DNA of 64,000 nucleotides from an uncultured Methanosarcinales archaeon (GTDB lineage Archaea; Nanobdellota; Nanobdellia; Woesearchaeales; JAGWAF01), in NCBI GenBank assembly GCA_964414985.1, contig CAYPXA010000007.1:12233-76232 (forward strand), read 5' to 3'. This document shows positions 8,393 through 18,079 of the stretch, one piece after another (the stretch's first letter is position 1; each line of letters opens with the position of its first letter). Under the pieces are notes generated by a model. That model saw nothing but the letters and a program-made list of their open reading frames with translations. It was not told where the DNA came from and searched no databases. The translations under genes were made by a program, and so were the position numbers.

Positions 8393-9142
8393 TTGTTCGA
8401 AAACAGCAGATTTATATTCAAACAATGCAGGCTTTTTTGCATGAGCAATGATGAAAAACATAAAACTCCTGAAAAGCACAGCAGAATAATCATGCCAGGC
8501 GAAACTGAAGAGATTGAAGAAGAGCCAACAATGCTTAAAGGGCCTGTTAAGGCAGTTGCTGCCTTGTTCATCCTCATGCTTATTGTGCTTTTTGCAGTGC
8601 CTTACTACAGCATAAAGATGAGCCCTGAGCCCAAAAGCATTCCGACAATTGCAGCAGTCCAGGCGCAGATTCCTGGAATCAGCAGTGCAGAAGGCAGCGG
8701 GTGGGAAAGCATACGCGAGGCTGAAGCTGCACAAAGCATGAATGATCCGAGGATAAAGCAGGCTGCAAATATTATAGCTGCAGAAAGCTGCACTGAATCA
8801 AGGCTGTGCCATGCAAAGGCAATCTATTATTTTGTCAGGGACAGCATAAAATACATTTCAGACCCTCATTCAGGAGAATACATTGCATCGCCTGCAGAAA
8901 CCCTCAAGACAGGAGGAGGGGACTGCGAGGACGGAGCAATACTTCTTTCTGCGCTTCTGGGCGCTGTCGGCATAAAAAATGAGATTGTTTTAATCCCAGG
9001 CCACGCGCTTCTCCGTGCTGAAATTCCTGAAGCGCCGCTCAGACAGAGGGTTGGAAACTGGGTTTACATGGAATGGACGTGCAGGGTATGCAGCTTCGGC
9101 GAGATTCCTTACAGCGACATTGAGGGAGTGGCTGCAGATTGA
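8393..9142 (+). CDS. transglutaminase-like cysteine peptidase superfamily protein, membrane-anchored
   Basis: N-terminal TM helix (AVAALFILMLIVLFAV). Cys-His triad context GGGDCEDGAILLSALLGAVGI...LIPGHALL. An alternative start lies at 8441 (MSNDEK). Confidence 0.5.
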   Translation: MFENSRFIFKQCRLFCMSNDEKHKTPEKHSRIIMPGETEEIEEEPTMLKGPVKAVAALFILMLIVLFAVPYYSIKMSPEPKSIPTIAAVQAQIPGISSAEGSGWESIREAEAAQSMNDPRIKQAANIIAAESCTESRLCHAKAIYYFVRDSIKYISDPHSGEYIASPAETLKTGGGDCEDGAILLSALLGAVGIKNEIVLIPGHALLRAEIPEAPLRQRVGNWVYMEWTCRVCSFGEIPYSDIEGVAAD

Positions 9143-9307
9143 GAGGGTTGCTGCAGATTAAGCTCTTTTCGACTGAAAATAAGCTAAATCCGGCAGAAAA
9201 ACAGTAAGATTTATAAATAAACTCCAACTCTCATGAAATAAATCAATTAATCCCGTTAACTATGGGTTGCGGTTTGAAGGCTATCTTCCGTCGCTCAGAA
9301 TAGGAGG

Positions 9308-10069
9308 GTGAAATTGCACATGGATAAAGAACAATTCGAAAAAACAATACAGCTTGTACGGAAGACTTCTCCTAAAAGGAAATTCAAGCAGAGCTTTGAC
9401 CTCATTATAAATCTCAAGGATGTCAACCTGAAAGACACTTCAAACCAGATTGACTCATTTATCGCACTTCATCATTCAAAGGGAAAGAAGACAAAAATAT
9501 GCGCGCTTGTAGGCCCTGAGCTTTCAGCGCAGGCAAAAGAGGCATGCGACTTCTCTGTTGAGCAGCAGGACTTCATAAAGTATGAGAAGGAAAAGAAGCT
9601 CACAAAAAAGCTTGCAAAGGAATACGACTTTTTCATAGCGCAGGCAAACATAATGCCGGACGTCGCTAAATGCTTTGGTAGGGTTCTCGGCCCAAAAGGA
9701 AAGATGCCAAACCCAAAGGCAGGCTGCGTTGTCCCTCCAAATGCAAACTTAAAGCAGCTTTATGAAAGGCTGAAGAACATGGTGAGGATTGTTGCAAAGA
9801 CCTCGCCTTCAATCAAGGTAATGGTAGGAAATGAGGAGATGAAAGACGAGGAGGTCCTTGACAACATAATGACTGTTTTCAAGCAGGTCCTTGTGCTTCT
9901 TCCTTCAGAAAAGAACAATGTCAAGAACATATTCCTAAAGCTTACAATGGGCAAGGCATTAAAAGTGGGGTCTGAAATGCCGGCTGCTGAATCAGAAAAA
10001 GATGAGAAGCAGCAGAAGCCCAAAGCTGAAAAAAAGCAGAAGGAGCAGAAAGAAGATTCTGAGCAGTGA
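9308..10069 (+). CDS. rpl1: 50S ribosomal protein uL1
   Basis: The N-terminus (EQFEKTIQLVRKTSPKRKFKQSFDLIINL) and overall pattern are L1; a Lys/Glu-rich C-terminal extension is present. The likely start is 9320 (MDKEQ). Confidence 0.8.
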   Translation: MKLHMDKEQFEKTIQLVRKTSPKRKFKQSFDLIINLKDVNLKDTSNQIDSFIALHHSKGKKTKICALVGPELSAQAKEACDFSVEQQDFIKYEKEKKLTKKLAKEYDFFIAQANIMPDVAKCFGRVLGPKGKMPNPKAGCVVPPNANLKQLYERLKNMVRIVAKTSPSIKVMVGNEEMKDEEVLDNIMTVFKQVLVLLPSEKNNVKNIFLKLTMGKALKVGSEMPAAESEKDEKQQKPKAEKKQKEQKEDSEQ

Positions 10070-10071
10070 AA

Positions 10072-10947
10072 ATGGCACAAGTCCATAAGGCAAAAATAGT
10101 AACACAGGCAAAAAAGGATACTGTGAAGAGGCTGGTTGACCTCATTAAAAAGTACCCTATAGTCGGCTCTGTAAACCTTGAGAACCTGCCTGCAGCACAG
10201 CTCCAGAACATGAAGACCAACCTCAGGGGAAAAGTCGAGATACTCATGACCAAAAGAAGGCTCATGAAGATAGCGATTGAAAAGGCAAAGGCAGAAAAGC
10301 CAGGCATCGAAAAGCTCGAGCCATACCTCAAGGGAATGCCAGCGCTTCTATTCACAAACGACAACCCATTCTCATTATTCAAGACTATAAAAAAGAACAA
10401 GTCAACAGCTCCTGCAAAGGCAGGCCAGACAGCGCCTTCAGACATAGTTGTGAAGGCAGGCCCAACATCCTTTGCACCAGGGCCAGTCATCAGCGAGCTT
10501 GCAGGCCTCGGAATAAAGTCCAAGGTTGAAGAGGGCAAGATTGCAATAATGGCAGACACTGTTGTATGCAAGGAAGGAGGAGTAATATCTGCAAAGCTTG
10601 CAGGAATGCTCGCAAGGCTGGGAATAATGCCTATGGAAATCGGGCTTGACCTTGTTGCAGTGCTTGAAAAAGGGGACATATTCACAAAGAGCGTGCTCGA
10701 CATAGACGAGGACAAGTTCATGGCAGACCTGACAAAGGCTGCAAGATGGGCATTCAACCTCTCATGCGAAGCTGCATTCGCAACAAAGGAAAACAGGGAA
10801 TGCCTCATACAGAAGGCATTCATGGAATCAAAAGCAGTTGCGCTTTCGCAGAACATCATGGCAGATGCTGTCGTCGGAGAGCTGCTTGCAAAGGCTGAAA
10901 GGCAGATGCTCAGCGTGAAGGATGAAATGCCTGAAAAGGCAGCATAA
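10072..10947 (+). CDS. rpl10: 50S ribosomal protein uL10 (acidic ribosomal protein P0)
   Basis: [32 protein letters not shown]... matches archaeal P0 and sits between L1 and L12. The ATG is 3 nt after the L1 stop. Confidence 0.8.
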   Translation: MAQVHKAKIVTQAKKDTVKRLVDLIKKYPIVGSVNLENLPAAQLQNMKTNLRGKVEILMTKRRLMKIAIEKAKAEKPGIEKLEPYLKGMPALLFTNDNPFSLFKTIKKNKSTAPAKAGQTAPSDIVVKAGPTSFAPGPVISELAGLGIKSKVEEGKIAIMADTVVCKEGGVISAKLAGMLARLGIMPMEIGLDLVAVLEKGDIFTKSVLDIDEDKFMADLTKAARWAFNLSCEAAFATKENRECLIQKAFMESKAVALSQNIMADAVVGELLAKAERQMLSVKDEMPEKAA

Positions 10948-11002
10948 GGACTTCAGATTACACTCATTCGAGATTTATAATAATAAATTGGAGGGAGCAA
11001 AA

Positions 11003-11311
11003 ATGGAATACATATATGCGGCAATGCTGATTCACAAGGCAGGCGGTAAGATAGAGGAAGCAACAGTCAAGAAAGTGCTCGAGGCAGCCGGCGCAAAAGC
11101 CGACGAGTCAAGGGTAAAGGCTCTTGTTGCATCTCTTGAGGGCGTTGACATAAACGCAGCAATAGAAAAGGCTGCAATAGCCCAGGCTGCTGCACCTGCA
11201 GCTGCTGCACCATCAGGAAAGCCTGCAGGCGAAGCAAAGAAGGAAGACAAGAAAGAAGAGAAAAAGACTGAAGAGCAGGCTGCTGCCGGACTCGGAGCGC
11301 TGTTCGGATAA
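11003..11311 (+). CDS. rpl12: 50S ribosomal protein P1 (aL12 stalk protein)
   Basis: [19 protein letters not shown]...[18 protein letters not shown], the typical archaeal P1 with a flexible Ala/Glu-rich tail. A GGAGG RBS lies upstream. Confidence 0.8.
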   Translation: MEYIYAAMLIHKAGGKIEEATVKKVLEAAGAKADESRVKALVASLEGVDINAAIEKAAIAQAAAPAAAAPSGKPAGEAKKEDKKEEKKTEEQAAAGLGALFG

Positions 11312-11365
11312 ACTTGTTTTTATTTTGGGCGCTTTTAAGCCCCCATTTTAAAGACATGAAATCGA

Positions 11366-12247
11366 ATGTTAAGCGAGGAAGAGAAGAAAGGTTTGAATAG
11401 CCAGGCTAATGAGCTTAACAGCGAAATAAGGGCTTTAAGGGCAGATTTAGGTAATATTAATTCTGAAAAGGAAGCTCTCTTCAGGAAGAAGGAAGAGCTG
11501 AAGAAGCAGATAGCCAGCCTTATCTCCACTGCAAAGAGCAGCAGGACTGAAAGGGACCAGCTGACATCTACTGTGAAGGGCTCCAAGGATGAAAGAAAGG
11601 AGCTTAATGACACCATCAGGGCCAAGATTGAGGAGATAAAGAAGCTTAATGCAGAGAAGGCTGAAATCTCCAAAAAATACGGCATTGAGGGAGACCCTTC
11701 AAGGATAAAGGCTGAAATGGACCAGCTCAACTCAAAGATAGAGACTGAAGTAATGTCATTTGAGAATGAGAAGAAGCTCATGAAGAGGATAAACGAGCTG
11801 AAGAAGAAATACCAGGAGACAAAGAAGCTCAGCGACGTTTTTGAAAAGGCGCATGCGCTGTCAAAGGAGATAGACAGCCTTAAGGCAACACTTGATGACA
11901 AGCACAGGAAGGTGCAGTCAAGCGCAAAGGTAAGCCAGGAAAAGCATGAGGTCATGATGGAAGTCGGAAGGCAGATTGACACTCTCAGGGCAGAGGAGAA
12001 GGCTGCATTCGACAAGTTCAAAGAGAAGAAGGCAGAGTTCAATTCCATCAACGAAAAGCTCCAGGAAAAGCTTGCTGCAATCGCAGGAGTGAATGAGAAG
12101 CTCGGCGAGAGCAAGGTTGAAAGCAAGAGGGAGAAGGATGCGAAGAAGAAGCACACCCTTGCAGAGAAGCAGATGCTTGTGGAAGAAAAAATGAAGAAGG
12201 GCGAAAAGCTGACAACAGAAGACCTTCTCGTGCTTCAGGGAGTTTAG
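11366..12247 (+). CDS. coiled-coil protein (293 aa), function unknown
   Basis: Heptad-rich K/E sequence throughout; no catalytic motif. Confidence 0.4.
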   Translation: MLSEEEKKGLNSQANELNSEIRALRADLGNINSEKEALFRKKEELKKQIASLISTAKSSRTERDQLTSTVKGSKDERKELNDTIRAKIEEIKKLNAEKAEISKKYGIEGDPSRIKAEMDQLNSKIETEVMSFENEKKLMKRINELKKKYQETKKLSDVFEKAHALSKEIDSLKATLDDKHRKVQSSAKVSQEKHEVMMEVGRQIDTLRAEEKAAFDKFKEKKAEFNSINEKLQEKLAAIAGVNEKLGESKVESKREKDAKKKHTLAEKQMLVEEKMKKGEKLTTEDLLVLQGV

Positions 12248-12417
12248 GAAATCTTGTTCTATTTGGTTATATTTAGATAGGTTATATTAAAATTAAAAAG
12301 ATTGACTGCATTCATTGGTGCGCTCTATTGCCAGAAAAAAATAAATTATTATGCGAGTTCTGCAATTTAAATTGCACTTTGAAATCAGAAACAATCAATG
12401 AAATAAAAAAAAACAGC

Positions 12418-12603
12418 TTACTTCCGGGCAACCTTCTCCATGTAGCCGCACTTTCCGCAGGTGGTCCTGTCTTTGTGTGCAGCCATGAAGTATCCTGCAC
12501 CGCATTTTGGGCAGCACTTGTTCTTCCTCTTTGCTGTTTCGCCTTCCTTCTGGTATATCTTCCAGATTTGGTTTGATTTTGATTTCTTGTTTTTTTCAGC
12601 CAT
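12418..12603 (-). CDS. rps27ae: 30S ribosomal protein eS31 (S27ae)
   Basis: 61 aa with C4 zinc ribbon CCPKCG...CGKCG; conserved next to S24e. Confidence 0.75.
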   Translation of the reverse strand: MAEKNKKSKSNQIWKIYQKEGETAKRKNKCCPKCGAGYFMAAHKDRTTCGKCGYMEKVARK

Positions 12604-12619
12604 CTTGAATCACTTGGTT

Positions 12620-12931
12620 TTAAGCAGCCTCGCCTTCAGCTGCAGCTTTCTTCTTTGGCTCTGCAGTGAATTTCTTTGGCTCAAACTTCTTCATGTCCTC
12701 AACAGAATTGTAGATGTATGCGTTTACTTCAGCTTCTGTTGCGCCGAAAGCAGTGTAAATTCCCTTGAGCACAACAGCATTCTCATCTGCCTTTGCCTGC
12801 GAAGCAAGAGCCTTCTTCAGCTCTGCATTTGAAGGGGTTGCTCCCTGGAATGAAATCTGCGCCTTAATCTCCTTTCGAGCCAGCAATGGCTTCTCGTCTG
12901 TATGCGTTATTCTAAGCTCCATTTGTATCAC
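12620..12931 (-). CDS. rps24e: 30S ribosomal protein eS24
   Basis: MIQMELRITHTDEKPLLARKEIKAQI... is a typical S24e N-terminus; about 100 aa. Confidence 0.75.
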   Translation of the reverse strand: MIQMELRITHTDEKPLLARKEIKAQISFQGATPSNAELKKALASQAKADENAVVLKGIYTAFGATEAEVNAYIYNSVEDMKKFEPKKFTAEPKKKAAAEGEAA

Positions 12932-12932
12932 A

Positions 12933-13118
12933 TCACTTTGCTTTTATTGCGTATTCGCCGTTCGCCTTTATGCCGATTTTTGCGGCAATCTGGGAGCGCG
13001 AAAAGTCAACAACTGCAATCCTTCCCTTCCATGACTGGAGAAAGTTTGTGCTTTTGCAGATTGGGCATTCGCCGCCTTCAACAAACAGCTTGCAGTTCTT
13101 GCATATTTTTCTTTTCAT
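12933..13118 (-). CDS. spt4: transcription elongation factor Spt4 (RNAP subunit E'')
   Basis: 61 aa, Zn ribbon CKNC...CPIC followed by WKGRIAVVD; lies in the canonical position between rpoE and rps24e. Confidence 0.7.
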   Translation of the reverse strand: MKRKICKNCKLFVEGGECPICKSTNFLQSWKGRIAVVDFSRSQIAAKIGIKANGEYAIKAK

Positions 13119-13147
13119 CGTAAAACCTCGCTAATCAGAGAAGGCGC

Positions 13148-13768
13148 TCACTTCTTCTTTTTGTCAGCCTTCTGCTCCTTTGGCGCTTTCTGCTCCTTGG
13201 GCTCCTTTGCCTCTTTATCGTCCTTGGATTCCTTTGCGCCGTCATCCTCAACCCAGTCGAGCCTTCCAAGGCCTTCCTGCCTCATTGTAAGCCCTATTTT
13301 TGGGTTTGTAACATCCTTAAATGAAACTGCAATCACCCTTGCCCTGCAGCTGTCGCCAACCTTGAGCATCCTTTTTGTGTCCTTTCCTGAAAGAACTTTG
13401 TCCTTTGCAAAAGACACGAAGTCATCCATTGTCTGCGATATGTGGATCATTCCCTCGATTGGGCCCATTGTTATGAATGCGCCGAAATCAGCAATGTCCT
13501 TTATCCTGCCTGGTATTACCTCGTGCAGTTCAGGCTTGAATGTGATTATCTCAAATACAGTCTCATAGTAGGATGCGCCATCGCCGGGTATTATTACTCC
13601 TTCCTGGACTTCCTTAATCCTCTCAACATCAACAACTATGCCCAGCTCTGCGCTTATGTAGCCGTCATACTTTGACTTGATAGCCTTGAGCACTGCATCT
13701 TCCACGTCCAAATCAAAAAACTTGGGCGGTACTCTGATATGGTCCTTTAGTTCTGCCTTGTAAAACAT
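13148..13768 (-). CDS. rpoE: DNA-directed RNA polymerase subunit E (Rpo7) with KE-rich C-terminal tail
   Basis: N-terminal Rpb7-like domain plus S1 domain (GRIKDIADFGAFITMGPIEGMIHISQ). The C-terminus is a lysine/glutamate-rich extension. Confidence 0.75.
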   Translation of the reverse strand: MFYKAELKDHIRVPPKFFDLDVEDAVLKAIKSKYDGYISAELGIVVDVERIKEVQEGVIIPGDGASYYETVFEIITFKPELHEVIPGRIKDIADFGAFITMGPIEGMIHISQTMDDFVSFAKDKVLSGKDTKRMLKVGDSCRARVIAVSFKDVTNPKIGLTMRQEGLGRLDWVEDDGAKESKDDKEAKEPKEQKAPKEQKADKKKK

Positions 13769-13845
13769 ATTGATAACCCTTTTGCTATTGAAAGGATAAT
13801 GAATCCATTTTTAAAGCTTTTGCTTTTTTAAAGCAGTATTAATGC

Positions 13846-14244
13846 TCAGTCGCCATGGCAGCCAAACATTGAAAGGCTTGACTTTCCCCTAAGTGAGATA
13901 ATCCCCACTCCTTTTTCCCTAAGCCTTTTTTTAAGGCCTGAATCCTGGGTTGCCACAATAGTATCCTTTCCTGCATACTCAACAGTCATGTCATCAACAG
14001 ATAATCCTGCCTTGGATTTTATGATTTCAATGCATTTGTGCCTCACAAGCTGGAGCGCAATTGAGGCAGCAAGCTTGTCCCTTCCCTTCTGCTCCCTTGC
14101 AATCTTCTCAAGCTCGCCTACTGCAGTGTCAAACATTGCTATTTTGTGGGTGAAGCTGCACAGCCTTTCTATCTCTGAGAATATGTCAACCTTGAACTGA
14201 AAGGGTATAAGAAGAAAGTTCGTGTCAAGAATTATTTTTTTCAT
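13846..14244 (-). CDS. PIN-domain protein
   Basis: MKKIILDTNFLLIPFQFKVDIF... gives the first acidic residue (D) of a PIN nuclease. Start trimmed to 14244 because the upstream gene 14249..14629 occupies the rest of the long ORF. Confidence 0.55.
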   Translation of the reverse strand: MKKIILDTNFLLIPFQFKVDIFSEIERLCSFTHKIAMFDTAVGELEKIAREQKGRDKLAASIALQLVRHKCIEIIKSKAGLSVDDMTVEYAGKDTIVATQDSGLKKRLREKGVGIISLRGKSSLSMFGCHGD

Positions 14245-14248
14245 GCAC

Positions 14249-14629
14249 TTATTCCTGCTTTTTGCTTTTAAAAACCTTATTGTTTTCAGGAAGGCATATT
14301 CCCTTTGCAACAATAGTTTCAATGCCCCCTCCGCATTCGCAGCTCTGCTTAAAATCAACAAGGACTTCTGAAAGCGCTGAAAACACCTTGTCAGGAAGAG
14401 GGGGTGCGCTTTTAACCTCAATAATTCCTTCGTTAAGGGAAACGCTTATTTTCCTGCCCATATAGTTTATGATATACTCTTTTCCGCGATATTCAGAATC
14501 AAGATTGTTGTCAAAGTCGATTGTGCCTTCTTCCTGCGCAAAAACCCGGACTGCCTCGTCAATATAACTTCCAAGCTGGAATACTGCCATGTAAGGGCTG
14601 CTATTGTTAGCATCTGGGTTTTCTGCCAT
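14249..14629 (-). CDS. hypothetical protein (126 aa)
   Basis: ORF of unknown function in a conserved neighbourhood. Confidence 0.4.
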   Translation of the reverse strand: MAENPDANNSSPYMAVFQLGSYIDEAVRVFAQEEGTIDFDNNLDSEYRGKEYIINYMGRKISVSLNEGIIEVKSAPPLPDKVFSALSEVLVDFKQSCECGGGIETIVAKGICLPENNKVFKSKKQE

Positions 14630-14701
14630 AAAACTGATAAGGATTAATCATATTTAAAATTAATGGTCAAGAAAAACCTAAAATTAATGGAATCAACTTG
14701 A

Positions 14702-15481
14702 TTATTTAATGGATGCAAAAAGCTTCTTGCAGAGGATTGTGTCTCCAAGAGGGTCTGGGCTTTCGTTGATGACTGTGATGTCTGCATTGCTCCTCTTGAT
14801 TTCAGACAGGAGAGGAATAAAATCCTCTTTTGAAGTAAGAATGTGCCTCCTCTCTCCTTTTTCAGTGAACTCAATTCCTGAAAAGTGGGAGTGTATATGC
14901 TGCAGCTGCTTAAGCCTTGCAAAAACTTCTTTATAGTCTATTTTTCCGCTGTTCCTCGCCTTGAGGTGGGCAAAATCAACAGTCAGGCTGCAGCCAGTCT
15001 CCTTCCGCAGCATTAAAAGCTCGTCTAAATCCCCAAACTGCGATGCTTTTCCAGTTGTTTCAGGAGCAAGCTCCACATCCCACCTGCTTTTTTTAATCTT
15101 AGCCTGAAGCTCAACTACAGCCTCTTTTACAAGCAGATAAGTTTCTTCCTTTGTTCGCTTTCCGTAGAATGCAGCATGAAAAACAACATACCTTGCGCCC
15201 ATCTGGTGCGCCCTTTCGCAGCTGTCAATGATCCTCTTCTTGCTTGCCTCAATCTTTGCCTTTTCTTCAGACGCAAGGTTGATGTAATATGGAGCATGAA
15301 CGCTAAGGCTGACTCCATATTTTTTTGCAGCCTCTCCAACTTTGACTGCGGTTTCCGCAGACATCTTCACTCCGTAAGTAAACTCGATTTCTGCAGCATT
15401 TATCCCTTTTTCACCAAGAAGCTTCACTCCTTCTAATGAGCTCATTCCTGTGCCTGCAGGCCCGAATTTTACGCTGCTCAA
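14702..15481 (-). CDS. nfo: endonuclease IV family protein (xylose isomerase-like TIM barrel, AP endonuclease)
   Basis: HAPYYINLAS matches the Nfo HAPYLINLAS motif; also ...VVFHAAFY...VDFAHL. Confidence 0.65.
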   Translation of the reverse strand: MSSVKFGPAGTGMSSLEGVKLLGEKGINAAEIEFTYGVKMSAETAVKVGEAAKKYGVSLSVHAPYYINLASEEKAKIEASKKRIIDSCERAHQMGARYVVFHAAFYGKRTKEETYLLVKEAVVELQAKIKKSRWDVELAPETTGKASQFGDLDELLMLRKETGCSLTVDFAHLKARNSGKIDYKEVFARLKQLQHIHSHFSGIEFTEKGERRHILTSKEDFIPLLSEIKRSNADITVINESPDPLGDTILCKKLFASIK

Positions 15482-16731
15482 CGCCTTGCAGCTCCCTTCT
15501 CAAAATAAGAATGATATGAAGAAATAAACATTGAAAGAATGTTTGAGGCAATGAGAAGCACTGCAAAAATGCCGAGCAGAATGCCTGGCTCTCCTGGCGC
15601 AAGAGGGTGCAGGGAAATCGCAAAAGCTGCTGATGCAGCTGCAGCGCCTTTTGGCATGTTAAGCGAAATGAATATTTTTTCTTTCAGAAGAATGCCTGCT
15701 GATGATGCAAAAGCAGCTGCTGAAGATGCAATCCTTGCAGCTATGTAAACCAGAAACAATGATGCTGACAAAATCCAAAACATAGGGTCAGAAGGAAGTT
15801 CAGCCATTATTCCAATAAGCACAAAAACAAGCGCGAAGAATGCCCTTGAAAGGTGAAAGCCTGAAGCAGGAAGAAGCGCAAGCTTAAGCCCTGCAGTGCT
15901 CCTCGGAAATGCATTGCCGACAAAAAGCCCGAGGGAGGCAGATGCAACAACTCCCAGGCCGCCCATTGATTCAGCGAGAATGTATGCCAAAACAGCAGAC
16001 GCTGCAACTGCAGAATGCGAAAAAAGGCTGTCTTTTGCAATCCCCCTTATCCTAAGAAGCCTGACAAGGCAAAGCGCAACAAGAACTGCTGCGCCAATTC
16101 CTGACAAAAGCATCAGTGTAATGCTGGCTGCCCAAACCAAAAATTGCGAGCTTCCAAAAGCAGAGCTGGATGATGAAGGAGCATGCTGCAGCACAAAAAG
16201 TATTATGAAAGGAAGGGATGCTGCAACCGGCGCAGAAAATGCTGATTCTGCAGAAAGGATTGAATAATATTTTGATGCAGTGCGGCCTGCAGATGCAGCA
16301 GCTGAAGCAAATGCCTCGCTGGATGATGCAGCCATCAAAAGCGCAAGCAGGACTGCAGGAAGCATTGCCATCCATCCTGAAATGCCTGAAAATGCTGCAA
16401 ATGCAAAAACGCCTGCTGAAATGAATAAGATTGAAAGCTTAAGCGCACCATGATGGAGAGAGCCAAATCCAGCCAGCCTTATTTTTGAAGCAGCCTCAAA
16501 TGATGCAAGCGAAAGCGCAGCTGCAGCAATTATTCCCCAAGCTGCACTGCCAGGCTGGAAAAGCCCAATCTCCTGAAGAGGCAGAAGCCCAAGGCACATT
16601 CCTGCCAAGATCATCATTGTAATGCGGGGTATCCTGAATGCAGCAGAAGCAAGCCACGCAGCAGCGCAGGCTGCAGCTGCAAGCGCCAGCGACGCAATAA
16701 ACCCTGCAGGAATAATCAATGCCATTTGCAC
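15478..16731 (-). CDS. polytopic membrane transporter, possibly cation/proton antiporter-like
   Basis: 417 aa with 10-12 predicted hydrophobic helices and very Ala-rich. Overlaps nfo by 4 nt, suggesting an operon. The family assignment is weak. Confidence 0.4.
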   Translation of the reverse strand: MQMALIIPAGFIASLALAAAACAAAWLASAAFRIPRITMMILAGMCLGLLPLQEIGLFQPGSAAWGIIAAAALSLASFEAASKIRLAGFGSLHHGALKLSILFISAGVFAFAAFSGISGWMAMLPAVLLALLMAASSSEAFASAAASAGRTASKYYSILSAESAFSAPVAASLPFIILFVLQHAPSSSSSAFGSSQFLVWAASITLMLLSGIGAAVLVALCLVRLLRIRGIAKDSLFSHSAVAASAVLAYILAESMGGLGVVASASLGLFVGNAFPRSTAGLKLALLPASGFHLSRAFFALVFVLIGIMAELPSDPMFWILSASLFLVYIAARIASSAAAFASSAGILLKEKIFISLNMPKGAAAASAAFAISLHPLAPGEPGILLGIFAVLLIASNILSMFISSYHSYFEKGAARR

Positions 16732-16852
16732 CTCTTTTAGCGGAATCTTTTAGCTGAAATCAGGAAGGCAATTATTAAAATGTTTTGATTTTCAAAACTC
16801 TAAATCTGTTTTAGCAAAGCTTTTATATACTTTCAAGGATAATTTTGAAGCA

Positions 16853-18079
16853 ATGGCAGCCAGCAAAATAAATGAGATACTGAAAAAGGCAGCTTCTGAA
16901 ATCAGGCCTGAAAAGAGCGATTATAAAGAGGTTCAGGAAGTTTTGGGAGAAATTTCAGCCCAGCTCAAAAAGATGAAGGCTGATGCAAAAGTTGCGCTTG
17001 GCGGAAGCTTTGCAAAAGGCACATTCCTTAAGAATGACCATGATGTAGACATATTTGTAATGTTCGGCAAAAGGCATGCCGAAGACGACCTTAGCGGAAT
17101 TCTTGAAAAGGCTCTGAAAAAATTCAGCCCTGAAAGGGTGCACGGCTCAAGGGATTACTTCCATGTCAAGAACAGGCTTAGCTTTGAGATTATTCCTGTA
17201 ATGGAGCTGAAAAAGCCTGAAGATGCAAAAAACGTCACTGATTTTTCACCTCTTCATGTAAACTGGTTTCTCAAGAACGGCGCAAAATACAAAGAGGATG
17301 TGATGCTTGCAAAGAAATTCTGCAAATCTGCAGGAGCATACGGAGCTGAAAGCTATGTCAATGGTTTTTCAGGCCATGTGATTGACATACTTGTTGTCTA
17401 CTATAAAGGGTTTATGCCTCTGCTGAAGGCTTCTGCAAGATGGAAAAAGAAGCAGGTCATTGACTTTTACAACAGGCACAAGGGAAACGCACTTTTCGAC
17501 CTGAACAAGGCAAAGACGCAGGGAAATTTAATCGTAATAGACCCTGTGCAGCCTGACAGGAACGCAGCTGCATCGCTTTCAGATGAAAAGCTCGGCCTGT
17601 TTGTTTCAGCTGCAAAAAAATTCCTCAAAAGCCCGTCTGAAAAATTCTTCCAGGAAAAAAAGATTGACATTGAAGCGCTTTTAAAAAAAGGAGCAATCGT
17701 GATTGAGGCAGAGCCTTTAGAAGGCAAAGAGGATGTTTCAGGCGCAAAGCTTCTCAAGGCATTTGAGTTTGCCAGAAAAGGGCTTTCTGAGTTTGGCATA
17801 AATGAGTCAGGATGGCAGTGGAAGAAAAAAGGAAATGCATTGTTCTGGTATATCCCTAAAATTTCTGAACTCAGCGCTGAAAAGGAATGGCAAGGCCCTC
17901 CTGCTGAAATGAAAAAGATGGCTGATGAATTCAGGAAAAAGTACAAAAAGACATTCATAAGGGCTGGAAGGGTTTATGCAATAGTAAAAAGAAAGCACAC
18001 AAGCCCGAAATCCCTTGCAAAGGAGCTTGCTGAAGACAAATATTTCAGGGAGAGGACAGGAAAATGCTGGATGCGATAG
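16853..18079 (+). CDS. cca: CCA-adding enzyme (archaeal class I tRNA nucleotidyltransferase)
   Basis: GGSFAKGTFLKNDHDVDIFV is the polymerase-beta-like nucleotidyltransferase motif of archaeal CCA enzymes; about 410 aa. Confidence 0.7.
   Translation: MAASKINEILKKAASEIRPEKSDYKEVQEVLGEISAQLKKMKADAKVALGGSFAKGTFLKNDHDVDIFVMFGKRHAEDDLSGILEKALKKFSPERVHGSRDYFHVKNRLSFEIIPVMELKKPEDAKNVTDFSPLHVNWFLKNGAKYKEDVMLAKKFCKSAGAYGAESYVNGFSGHVIDILVVYYKGFMPLLKASARWKKKQVIDFYNRHKGNALFDLNKAKTQGNLIVIDPVQPDRNAAASLSDEKLGLFVSAAKKFLKSPSEKFFQEKKIDIEALLKKGAIVIEAEPLEGKEDVSGAKLLKAFEFARKGLSEFGINESGWQWKKKGNALFWYIPKISELSAEKEWQGPPAEMKKMADEFRKKYKKTFIRAGRVYAIVKRKHTSPKSLAKELAEDKYFRERTGKCWMR

Noticed and set aside
9143-9307. Possible uL1 autoregulatory mRNA site (23S rRNA L1-binding mimic) in the L1 leader
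   Set aside because: Could not identify a convincing match to the L1-binding stem-loop by eye. In archaea the site is often inside the coding region. Left unannotated.
9942-10859. 305-aa antisense ORF inside the uL10/P0 gene, and similar long antisense ORFs at 11335..12156, 46171..46800 and 60926..61672
   Set aside because: These lie opposite high-confidence conserved genes (P0, the coiled-coil protein, AlaRS, SMC). Their Ser/Ala/Leu-rich low-complexity products are typical of antisense reading of GC-skewed codons.
13846-14421. Full 191-aa extent of the PIN ORF
   Set aside because: The N-terminal 59 codons overlap the independent gene 14249..14629 and read as low-complexity. The PIN domain begins at the internal Met (MKKIILDTNF), so the start was trimmed to 14244.
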